Assembly (NCBI GenBank): GCA_002269645.1
Contig: NIVC01001462.1
Coordinates: 1 to 64,000 of the forward strand
Reading direction: 5' to 3'
DNA from: Macrostomum lignano
Taxonomy: Eukaryota
DNA: 64,000 nt
Part shown: in pieces, positions 47,385 through 58,007 of the stretch
Numbering within the stretch: the stretch's first letter is position 1
How the letters are laid out: every line of letters starts with the position of its first letter
Position numbers and translations under genes: made by a program
Notes under the pieces: model-generated
Seen by the model: only the letters and a program-made list of their open reading frames with translations
Told to the model about the DNA's origin: nothing
Databases searched by the model: none

Positions 47385-49600
47385 GTCATGTCCTGGATTG
47401 CCTTCACTTTGGCTGGGTCCGGCTTGAGCTGATCTCCTTCCAATAAGTAGCCTAGAAACTTGATCGAAGTCTTGCGGAATTCACTTTTTGCCGTGTTGAT
47501 CTTCAATCCTTGCTGGTTTAGTCGATGCAATACTTCCGTCTCACGAACTGCCAATTGTTCTACGCCTTTGCCGCATATCAATATGTCGTCTACGTAGGCA
47601 ATGACGCCAGGAATTCCTTGTAGGACTTGGCTAATGTACCGCTGGAAGATCGCAGGTGCTGTTTTCACTCCGAACGGAAGCTTGTTGAAAGCGAACATCC
47701 CAAATGGTGTTGAAATTACTGTCAGCTCTTTGGAAGCTTCATCTAGTGGGATCTGGTGATAAGCTTTCTCTAGGTCCAGACGAGTGTATATCCGGCTGCC
47801 AGCAGCAGTTGCAATCACTTCGTCAGGTGCAGGCATCGGATATGAATCGTTGATAAGATGAGAATTGATTGTCACCTTGTAGTCGACGCAAAGTCTGAGC
47901 TTTCCAGAAGGTTTCTTGACCACGACAATTGGTGAGGCCCATTCACTGAACTTGACGGGCTTGATGGTGTCTTCTTCAAGCAACCGATCGATTTCATCCT
48001 TGACTCCCTGTCTGAGTGCGAAGGGTAGCGGCCTGGGTTTGCAATGAATTGGAGTGGTTCCTTCCTTGATCTTAAGAGTTACTGGTGGAAATTCGCATGA
48101 CTGGGTTGCCGATGTGCAGCTGTTGTCTACAGCGTTTAGCGTGAAATTGAGCTTGTCTTGGCCAACCAGAACAAAGTTCCTCTGCGATTCCACAATGAAG
48201 AATGTGATTGGAATGAACTCGTCATTGTACTCCAACTCAGTGTCGTGTGTTCCAAAGACCTTCATCTGCGTATCAGCGTATGTTGTCAGAACAGTGTCTG
48301 TAGGTGTCAGCTTTGGACAACCCAATCGTTTCCAGATCGTTTTTGACATTACCGAAACTCCTGCCCCAGTATCGATTTGTGCGTTCACGCTAAGCATCGA
48401 CCCGCTCGTGTGTCTGAGCCTAACAGGCACGGTGTAGCTATCAACGGGATGTCGAATGTGAAAACAATCCTCCTGTTCAGCTTCGCTTGCATCTACAAAG
48501 CTTGTGGTCCTTGGCCACACTGCAGCTCGCCTAAATTGACCAGATGCTGACGGGCTTTTGAACGATTTTCGGCCTTTGCCAAAACCAGTTGATTTCGTTT
48601 TGCAAACTGTTGCGAAGTGGTTTTGCATGCCACATTTGTTGCACGTTTTTCCTTTCGCAGGACACCCTCCATTGGAGCCATGCATTGTGCCACATCTGCC
48701 ACACTTGGAGCTTGTAGAGTGGGAGCCTCTGGCCACCGATGCTGAAATTTTCATTACTTCAGAAGACTGCGGCTGACTGGTGCAACCCTTTAGTATTTGC
48801 GTTTGTGATAGGTTCTGGTGCGCCTCAGCGATGTTGATAGCTGTCTCAAACGTGAGAGTGCTGAAGTCCTGTTCCAATAACTTGCTGATGGCCACCTTGT
48901 CATTCAAACCGAATACGAGCTGATCTCTCAGTCTCTCATCTCTGGATAGGCCAAACTGACGCTTGTCTGCCTGCATGCAGAGTTGCTGTGCATACTCACG
49001 AATGCTCATTGATGCCGTGCGAGTGATATGCTGGAAATTGAATCTCTCAGCCATGACGAACGTCTTTGGTTCCAGGATGCTGGCCAGTAGTTTGGTCAGT
49101 TCATCGAAGCTCTTTTCTCCCGGCTTCTTGGGAGCGGCTCGATCTGCCAATGCGTCGTACAGCTTGGTGCTGAGCTTCATCAGCAGCAGCTTGTTTTTCG
49201 TGTCGTCCTGCCAGCCGTTGAGTTCGCTGCACAGTGTGAATCGGTCCAACCACCTCTGGAAGTTCGAACTTTCATCGAGTTTTTCGATGTCAACTTGCTG
49301 TCCTCTCGATACTTGTGCGCTTGGGTTCTGCGCTGTCGCTGTTGCCGACTTTGTCGCTTGGACTGATTTCGACGAGATAGCAAGCGGTGGTGCTTTGTCG
49401 CTCGAAACCGTTCTACCAACTCCTTTAGTTGGCGATGCTGGCGTACTTCCAGGCAATTTCGTAGCCTATGCTTGCCGACGCCACTGTTGTGCTTTTGGCT
49501 TTAGCCTTTAGCAATTAGCGGTCTGTTGACCTCTGACGCGTCTATCATTTATTTCATAACTCAATAGCATGGTTCAATTCATCAACGCAGTCGCGTAACA
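47385..49600 (-). mobile_element. Ty3/Gypsy (Mag-like) LTR retrotransposon, 3'-truncated: 5' LTR, PBS, gag-protease-RT
   Basis: 116-bp LTR 49600-49485 (TGTT...AACA) and PBS TGGCGTCGGC from 49483. Single ORF with two Cys/His knuckles (CGRC...H...CPAKGKTCNKC...HF..VC), protease IDTGA and RT YVDDILI. No RNase H, integrase or 3' LTR; no ATG at the ORF start. Confidence 0.9.
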
Positions 49601-50171
49601 AAAATGTCTATGGCTAAGCCATCAACCCACAACAATCAGTTCATCAATTTTTACGAGCTACTCAAGATGCCAAGTGCTGATCGCCAATCAACTCTGTAGC
49701 ACATGCCACAATACTGCAATTCTTTTCAGTTGCTCTGTGACAACCAATGAAAACGTCCTTTTAACACAGACATTATTATAGTTGTTGCTCTTCAGGCTGC
49801 CATAAATGCCATAAAGCGAAAGAGATGGAAAGCAGTCGGAGAGTACCCAGCTATGCAGGCAGTTTGTCTATTGCAGTGGTTTCTTTCGGTAGCGCAATGT
49901 TCTTTGAATTTGTTTTGATTCATTTACCTGGCTCATAAATTGAGTCTTATTCAGCTTTTAGAGCCCGTGACAATAGTGAATCTAACCCTGACAATTTCCT
50001 CTTTATCGTTGGCGTCTCAAGGCTAGGTAGCATTGAGCAGTCGAGGCGCTGTAAGAGAAAAGGTTACCATAAAGAATGCCTAAAGCATTCAGACCTTCTT
50101 CGACCACGTTTTCGGGGCTCTGTTTATTGGAGGTTAGGAAACACGAGCTTCCAGCCTCAGTCATGCGGGTC

Positions 50172-50178
50172 TATAAAT
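50172..50178 (+). promoter_or_regulatory. TATA box upstream of the peptide precursor gene
   Basis: TATAAAT about 100 bp upstream of ATG 50278. Confidence 0.5.
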
Positions 50179-50277
50179 TCAAGCCCCCTTGAGCTCCCAA
50201 CAGCTCAAGACCCAAGTCGAGAATCGGCTCTGCAAATCGAATCTCTCTGAGCTCAAAATTCAACAACAGCAGCAGTC

Positions 50278-50535
50278 ATGAAGTGGCAGTTCGCCCTCGG
50301 TCTCCTCCTCTGCGTGGCGCTGGCGGTCTACGCCAACCCGGCTGAGCGCGAAGACAACGACGACCTGGACGAGGGGCCCAACGACGACCTGGCCGACATG
50401 GACCAACCGGAGCTGGATGATTCCAACGAAGACGCCCATCCGGAATTGAAGTGGTTTAGCAGGTGGTTCCGGATTACGTATCGCAGGCGTGGGGGCGAGC
50501 GCCGCTACCTTCGTTCCTACTTCCGCTTGGGCTGA
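50278..50535 (+). CDS. Secreted peptide precursor: signal peptide + acidic propiece + cationic aromatic C-terminal peptide ending in Gly (arminin-like AMP candidate), 85 aa
   Basis: MKWQFALGLLLCVALAVYA signal, D/E-rich middle, then LKWFSRWFRITYRRRGGERRYLRSYFRLG. GC-rich codon-like composition against AT-rich flanks. Confidence 0.8.
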   Translation: MKWQFALGLLLCVALAVYANPAEREDNDDLDEGPNDDLADMDQPELDDSNEDAHPELKWFSRWFRITYRRRGGERRYLRSYFRLG

Positions 50536-50869
50536 ACAAATCCGAGCGTCTTCTGACTGATCGCATTGGAAATTGATAGCTAAATCAGCTGAACACTGCT
50601 TTACTTGTAAAAATTGCAGACCAAAGTGACTGCTCAACATCGCGGACATTCACAAATATACTACTAGGCTTATTCTTATATTATATTATTATAAACCAAA
50701 TCTTCGATTTTAATTGTTGGAATAGATTCACTTAATTGTTGATGATTTTACGTTTTCAAGGATTTGTAATGGAAATTCATCGAAAAGCCAGCTGGGATAC
50801 CGAATGCCAGAATAACAAGCAGCGATCGAGAAGTTGAATCGGTTATACATGTGAGATAGATTCTGTAGT

Positions 50870-51035
50870 AGGTGAGATACGCTCGTATATTCGGTAATAG
50901 GTGAGATAGATTCGGCAAGGGTGAGAAAGATTCGTTAATTGGTGAGATAGATTCGGTAATGGGTGAGATAGATTCGGTAATGGGTGAGATAGACTCGGTA
51001 ATGGGTGGGATAGATTAGATAATGGGTGAGATTAC
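50870..51035. repeat. 21-bp minisatellite (GGTGAGATAGATTCGGTAATG)n
   Basis: Degenerate tandem copies. Confidence 0.85.
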
Positions 51036-51379
51036 TAGCATATACTGTCTTACATAACAAACTTGAAGCCACGAAGAACATTAATACACGATTGATGGTC
51101 GCAAGCCCTTGGCAGTGAGAATTTTGAGCAAGTAAATTTGAAATAAAGTAAGAACACCTTATGCAGAGTACGGTTGGGTGGGCCGAAAATGACCCCCATT
51201 TAAACCATTTCTTGGGTTTTTTCGAGTATTCTGTCTAGACGGCTTTTATTCTACCCTCTCTTTTAGAGCTTTTCTCATCTGCTTAGACTTAGAATGAAAT
51301 AAATGAAAAAGTAATTGTAGCTCAGGCTAGTGGCATATGCCGTCTTAAGGACCAAACAGGACTGACATAGAAAACTAAT

Positions 51380-52096
51380 ATGAGTATGTCAGAGTGACCA
51401 TATGAATCAGAAAATTGGCATGTCAAATAGTGACCCAGTGTGTCAGAAAATGATTTTGCATGTCAAAGTGACCCAGTGTGTCAGTCAGGAGGCACGTTAG
51501 AGAGTGACACAATGAGTCAGAGAGTGATTTGGCATGTCAAAAAGTGATACAGTGTGTCATAAAATGATTTGGAACGTCAAAGAGTGACCCAGTGTGCCAG
51601 GGAGTGATTTTTCACGTCAAAGAGGGACCCTGTGTGTCAGGGAGTGATTTAGCACGTCAGAGAGTGACCCTGTGTGTCAGGGAGTGATTTTGCACGTCAG
51701 AGAGTGACCCAGTGTGCCAGGGAGTGATTTTGCACGTCAGAGAGTGACACAATGAGTCAGGGAGTAATTTTGCATGTCAGAGAGTGACACAATGAGTCAG
51801 AAAGTGATTTGGCACGTCAGAAAGTGATCTGGTGTGTCAGGGAGTGATTTTGCATGTTAGAGAGTGACACAATGAGTCAGAAAGTGATTTGGCACGTCAG
51901 AGAGTGATCTGGTGTGTCAGGGAGTGATTTTGCATGTTAGAGAGTGACACAATGAGTCAGAAAGTGATTTGGCAAGTCAGAGAGTGACCCGGTGTTTCAA
52001 GGAGTGATTTAGCACGTCAGAGAGTGACAGAATGAGTCAGAGAGTGATTTGGCACGTCAGAGAGTGACCCGGTGTGTCAGGGAGTGATTTGGCATA
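51380..52096. repeat. 40-bp minisatellite (GGAGTGATTTTGCACGTCAGAGAGTGACCCTGTGTGTCAG-like)
   Basis: GGAGTGATTT recurs at 51601, 51641, 51681 and 51721. Confidence 0.9.
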
Positions 52097-54400
52097 AAAT
52101 TATTATGTAAAGAGCAGAGATTTGTCAAGCTTCAGTTACATAAAATGGGTTTCTATGAGACGTCGTTTAAAGGGATGACAAAAAACAAAAGTATAATATT
52201 TATCCTGCACGTGATCAACCCATATCTCAGCAAAAATATATAGTAGCATTGAACACTAACACAAGAGTAGTAGAAGCAAGCTACACTTAATTTTCTTAGA
52301 AATGAAATGAAGCCGAAAATGAATGCACACTGGTACATTTGTCGTATCGCTAGTACATTTAGGGGCCTCTCTCCGAAAACGGACCGTTGAGTTTGCACCG
52401 AGCATCATTCGGCCCTGCGGTCTAACGTGCTGAAGCAGAAGACCGCTCGTGAGCGTCTCTACCAGCTGTAGGGCAGCATCTGTCGCGTCATCACACAGGT
52501 GCATACCCATCAACCCCACTTCGAGGGGCTGAACGCTATCCTAAATTCGCCTCCGCTTCATAAGTTTATTAGGGCCAATGCTATGATATCGGTGATAAAA
52601 CGTTAAATGACACACTTTCTGGCTTTTATGCCAATGAAAACTCTAATCCCGCATATGGATTTCGTCCTTCGCGACCTTACCAACATCCACATCGACCCGT
52701 ACATTGTGAATAGTCGCCTCCCCGCTCTCAACATCAGGAGGGACTTCCAGACCGCACCTCAGACAGCAGCACCTCACTGGATGTCGGTGCGTCACTGACG
52801 GCTCATTGTTTAACGGCCGCGCTGGAGCGGGTATCGCCATCTTCCACCATCGAGGGTAAGATGCTCTTCCAGGAAAGTCTGCACCTCAGTGAGAACATCC
52901 CGGTTTTCCCAGCCGAAACATGAGTCATTGAGCAGTGTGCCCAGCACCTACTCTAGCTAGGCGAACATCAAGAAATTCAATATTTATTTGTTACACTGAT
53001 AGCCAAATTTCCACTGCTACAGTATCTCAATACCACCGCAGTGTGCAGTCTCTCTCAGTCCTTAACAGGATTATAATCATATGGACAACCAGTCACAGCA
53101 ATATCCAGCTGCGTAACGTGCTGTGGATTCATCTCTCCTAAGGAGAGTAGCAACCCAGACAGAAACCACCGTATGATGAGGCTACCCATACGTAGGACGC
53201 AAATCTCCCACAATGCCACATCAGGTGGCTGCACCAGCAACACCAGCTGCATCGGAACAGTTGCACCGACTACAGGCAGGTGTGCATGGTCCTAAAATGG
53301 TTATGGATTCTTCCAGACATATCTCGTTGTAAACCGGTTGCCCTTCCACTTTTTCTTTTTTCTTTTTTTCTTTTCTTCTTTTTTCATTTTTCATTTTTGT
53401 CTTATTACCGAGAGTAGTACACTGAGCATGAGATCACGATAAAAATACAATTCGAAAGTAAAAAAGTAGCAATGCAATTTAAAAATAAACCTCTAACCAT
53501 TAAGTTGAGTACGTCAGGTAGCATTGTCGAGAGTAAATGTGCAGAAATACAAAATTGTGCTTTATTTAGAATCCGAAACTTTCATACTTGGGTTAAATAA
53601 ATGCCTGACGGTCTTTAGTCGAATGGTTGTGACAAAGTTGTGAAATAGTTGTGGAATAGTTGTCTATTAGCTGTGATGTCCTTGTTTTGAATTAAAAATG
53701 ATCCCGGCTCTAATGTCAGAGCTAAAGGTTAAAAAACTACAACGGACGGCCATCGAAAAAGTAGCTATCTACTTTTAAAAGTAGAAAACATTAAATATAG
53801 AAATATAAATCATAGAAAATTTTGTTTAAAAATTGCTAATGAAAAGTGTAATATACGAGCTACGAGCTTATATACCCAATTCACTTAACTTCTCCTAATA
53901 CTCTGTCGCAAATATCCTTCCAATCGCGATTCTAACATTTCTTCAAACTGGAACTACTAATAACTAACAGTGGTCTAAAAGTAGTCTTGCTTGTCTGCCC
54001 TATAGAATTTTTTTTATTATTTATGTTATTTATATAACAAACATGCCTGCATTAAAAAGCTAATAAAAATTTGCGCATTTCTTAATACCGACATGAGTGC
54101 AGGTATAAGTTTTTTAATGGTGGGATTCCAGTACCCATATATTTGAAGCAAACGTTTGGAGCAAATGAATTATTTTTTCAGAGTGGCTAAACACTATATA
54201 AAGAGCAATAAATATCCGTTTTTCACGAAAATTAAAAATCTTCACAAAATGATGAGGTCTGATGACACAAAACAAACAAACCAAAGAACTATACCAATGA
54301 TAGTCTTCCGAGCAAACATCTAGTTAGTACATGTAATAATATATTAGGAAACATTTTTTGTAAAAATTGGGGAAAGCTTTCGCTCCGTACCGTCAGTCCC

Positions 54401-55402
54401 TCACTGTCCGATGCCCCTCCAAAAAGCCGGGATCGTCACGAGACAGACGATCACCAGAAAGGGTTGAATGATCCAACCGATACTCAATAGCCAATCCAGT
54501 AAGAAAATAAATATAAGTCCTATAGCTGCTGCACAAGCCAGGACAAAGATGAAGATAAGCCAACAAAGTTCTGATTTAAAAATATCTAGAATCCTCTCTC
54601 GAACGTTTTCCAGCTTCAGAGCGACAAAAACTGCAAATGGCACGGACAGCACCGCCATAAGCAAAAACCTCACAGCCGCGTAGAAATGGTCACTCAGTCG
54701 GCCAAAATCATTATTCGTCACTTCAAACGTCACCAGGTACCTTGGAGTGGCCTGCTCGTGTCGGTAAACAACGCATGTGCCGAAGCCGGCAAGGCTGTTG
54801 TTTGCTAGCACCGAGTCGCAGCCCTCGTCTTGAATCTTCGAGAGGTTGAGCCCCGGATCGGGCTGGTCGCAGAGTTTCTCTTTGCCCAGGAGCACTTCGC
54901 CCACCAGAAGTGTCTGGACGCCACTCTGAGTGCTGTAGCTGGGTCGCTTGCTGTTGTTCTCAGTTGAGAAGTAAATTCCCCAACCGTAGGGACCTTCAGT
55001 TGCGGTGAAACCTTCATTGAAGACTTTCTCTCTGTTATTCAGGCTGGCATCGTGAATGAGCAACCGTGGCTCCGAGTCGACAAGCAGGAGTTCGCGAGCC
55101 GCGTGAAATCGGGCATCGAGCACTGGCTGCTCGATTCGCTCGATGCTTTTGATCAAAATGGATTTCAGTGGATTTAGAGGCCTCGCGTACAAGTACAGAG
55201 TGACCAGTTCGCTGACGGTTGCGTACTCTGTGGCGGTCTCCGGCTCGTCTTTTAATAGCGGCTTTCGATTGACGGCACTAAAATAAGGCTTTGAAGTCCG
55301 TGCTGTACATGTCGAACTTGTTGAACATGTTGAACGTGTTGTATCCGTTGTTTTCACCGACTTCGCCGTCAGAGATTTCCGCCATTTTTTGAGCTGTTTC
55401 AT
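54401..55402 (-). CDS. PARP-type ADP-ribosyltransferase-like protein, degenerate (catalytic Glu absent), C-terminal multi-pass membrane anchor
   Basis: LLIHDA, GPYGWGIYF, LLVGEVLLGK and CVVYRHEQATPRYLVTF motifs, followed by about 3 hydrophobic helices. ATG 55402 is in frame; the true start is uncertain. Confidence 0.78.
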   Translation of the reverse strand: MKQLKKWRKSLTAKSVKTTDTTRSTCSTSSTCTARTSKPYFSAVNRKPLLKDEPETATEYATVSELVTLYLYARPLNPLKSILIKSIERIEQPVLDARFHAARELLLVDSEPRLLIHDASLNNREKVFNEGFTATEGPYGWGIYFSTENNSKRPSYSTQSGVQTLLVGEVLLGKEKLCDQPDPGLNLSKIQDEGCDSVLANNSLAGFGTCVVYRHEQATPRYLVTFEVTNNDFGRLSDHFYAAVRFLLMAVLSVPFAVFVALKLENVRERILDIFKSELCWLIFIFVLACAAAIGLIFIFLLDWLLSIGWIIQPFLVIVCLVTIPAFWRGIGQ

Positions 55403-55992
55403 TCTTGTAGGCTTAAAAAGTTTTCTGAAATTTGTGTCTTTCAAAGGCTTGCTGGTCTTTTTAGTGCATTAATGCGCTTTCTGAGGTGTAGCTCAGGTGT
55501 TGAGGTTGCTCGTTTCTTTGCGATGCGACTACTCATATTTTATAGAGTGATAGAGAGTACTCAGCTACAGTATCTGTCTTGCCGTTGCACAAATTTACTT
55601 TGCTGACCATTGGGCTGTGTGTCCAAACAGCTAAATGTACAATATGAAAAATGGGCAGAAAATAAGAGCTGCGCTCGTGTGAAGTTAACTATATTTAGCA
55701 ACATAGAAAATTTGTGAAGGTATCACGGTATCAAAATATAGGGTCCACACGAATTTTCCAACGCTAATTGTCTTACTAGCTATGGTTAATCCAAAAAGTC
55801 TTAAAAATCCAGCAACCTTAGTCAAGAAGTGCAGTTTCAAGCACCGACCTACGGCGCTGTTCATTTGTTTCTTCGCATAGAAGCTGATCCAGATTATGCC
55901 AAGTTTCAGATTTAGTGGGCAAGTTGTTTCCTGGTTTTGCTGGTTGACGCTATAGTTGCTAATTAACTACTAACTAGCTGGAATCCTTTTTG

Positions 55993-56185
55993 GGGTCCCG
56001 TAGCCCAGCGGTCTAGCGCGGCGCTCTGATGTACCAGCGGCCCAGGCTCGATTCCAAGTGCAGTCGCATTAATTCGGGGCTAAATTGGAATCTCGGCTTG
56101 GCTCTGCTCGTGCAATTAACGGCCTTGAGGGCCTACCCCTTAAGGCACAGTGAAGTGCACATGCTTGCCGATAAATAAAGTTAGG
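55993..56185 (+). mobile_element. tRNA-headed SINE-like sequence (second family)
   Basis: A-box-like TAGCCCAGCGG and B-box-like GGCTCGATTCC, but no complete cloverleaf. Single copy in the window; the 3' end is approximate. Confidence 0.5.
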
Positions 56186-56324
56186 GCCGCTGTACACTCC
56201 TGTGTGAGTGTGTGCCTGTGCGTATGACTGCGTACGTATCTGCGCGCTTGTGCGCCTGCTCAGGGGAGTCGGCGGAATGGGCGTAATGCCTCTCGCCGGT
56301 TATGTGACAATGTCGCTTAAAGTG

Positions 56325-56525
56325 GTGCACACAGGGTGCACACACCAGGGTGCACATACCAGGGTGCACACACCAGGGTGCACACACCAGGGTGCACACA
56401 CAGGGTGCACACACCAGGGTGCACACACCAGGGTGCACACACCAGGGTGCACACACCAGGGTGCACACACCAGGGTGCACACACCAGGGTGCACACACCA
56501 GGGTGCACACACCAGGGTGCACACA
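56325..56525. repeat. 14-bp minisatellite (CCAGGGTGCACACA)n
   Basis: Seen directly. Confidence 0.93.
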
Positions 56526-58007
56526 ACCTCCTGCTCAAATCCCCAAAATGTTTCATGAACTAAGAAAACAAAAGTCTGTGGCGACCAGAGACAGACTCCA
56601 ATTCAGCATTTGTTGCGCGTATTGCTACATTTGATGGCCCACGGGAGCTGAAATCAAATAAACTTATTTGTACTGCTTTTCCTTACTCGCGAGTCGCTTT
56701 AAACCATTTTTTCGGTAACAATCGAAAAAACGAAACGTTCCAGCGTTCAAATGATTCAAGATTAAAACTAGTTTTAAAAGGTTCTCAAGACCTATTTTTT
56801 AAATAAAAATGTTTTATAATAAACATTATTATTATTATTGGTGCTGATTTTTTATAGTATTTGAGACGACCTAATGAACGAAATAAAACAAAAAAACTAG
56901 AAAATAATTTTTTGACATTAATGCAGTTATAAAACCGCTATAGCATTACTTATTACGTTAAACTTCGAAAACACCTCCCTTTTTTCAAGTAAAAAATGGT
57001 TAAAACTTGTCTTAAAAAAGCTATCACTATTCACAAGAAATAAAAGTCCCATCCCAGTGGTCCTTTAGAAAACAATGTTAACACCCTAGAAACAGTTGTC
57101 TCGGGGCAGACGGTTGCATTTTCGTCGCTTGCATTAGCTTTATCCAGCGGCAATGATAAACTGTGCACAGCTCCGTTATTTTGCTCCCAGATTGGCCGAA
57201 ACTGACCAATTGCCTCAATGGCTAATCCTCTCTCCTTTGTCGGCGTCGTAGGATTCCCGCGGGTTTTCTTGTAAGTAAGAAAACTGCATTCGATTTATGA
57301 CCGTCATCTCAGTGGTGGAAGCCAATTCAGCACTGATGTAGGGCCCAAAGACGCGATCGATGCCAAGCTCTACTCTTCATCATTGCAGTTCTACGACGAC
57401 GTTTAGTGCGACGGGCACTTTGCTAAATCGGCCTGTGCGAGTGTTGACGCGGCTCCGCAGAAGTTAAAGATTTCCGAAAAAGAAGCCGCCGACAAAGTCT
57501 CGCGCTGGAGGAGCAATTAATAGTGGGGCATAAAATTTGTCTGGACGCGTTGCCAAATCAGATGCAGACTGGGAGACTGGGAGGCAGAGAGCAATCTTGT
57601 TCTAGACCATTTTGGCAAGTTTTCACTTCGGCCGTCTCGGACCCGCTGGAAGAAATGAAAGAGAAGAAAAGAAAAAAAATTAAGCGTCATAAAAACCGGC
57701 GGGTGACCAGTCGACGCGAGGGCGGGAAAGCGGGTTCGCAGGCCAAATTTGGGCCGGCCGAAAGTCGTAAAACGCTGTTGCTAACAAGGGGCGGGCGGGG
57801 GTACTAAGATCCGGAGAAAGGAGTGGAGTGGAAGATTTTGTGTGAGCGAAGCCGGGCGGTGCAATGAGGATCCTCTCTCAATCTTCGAGTATAAATTGCG
57901 GCCCCACAGCAGTGCAGGATCTTTCGCCTCAACTGAAATTTGCTCGTCAGTCAACTTGTTTTCTTTCAACAACCGTCTCATACGATTAGCAAAGAGGTCT
58001 TTTGAGC

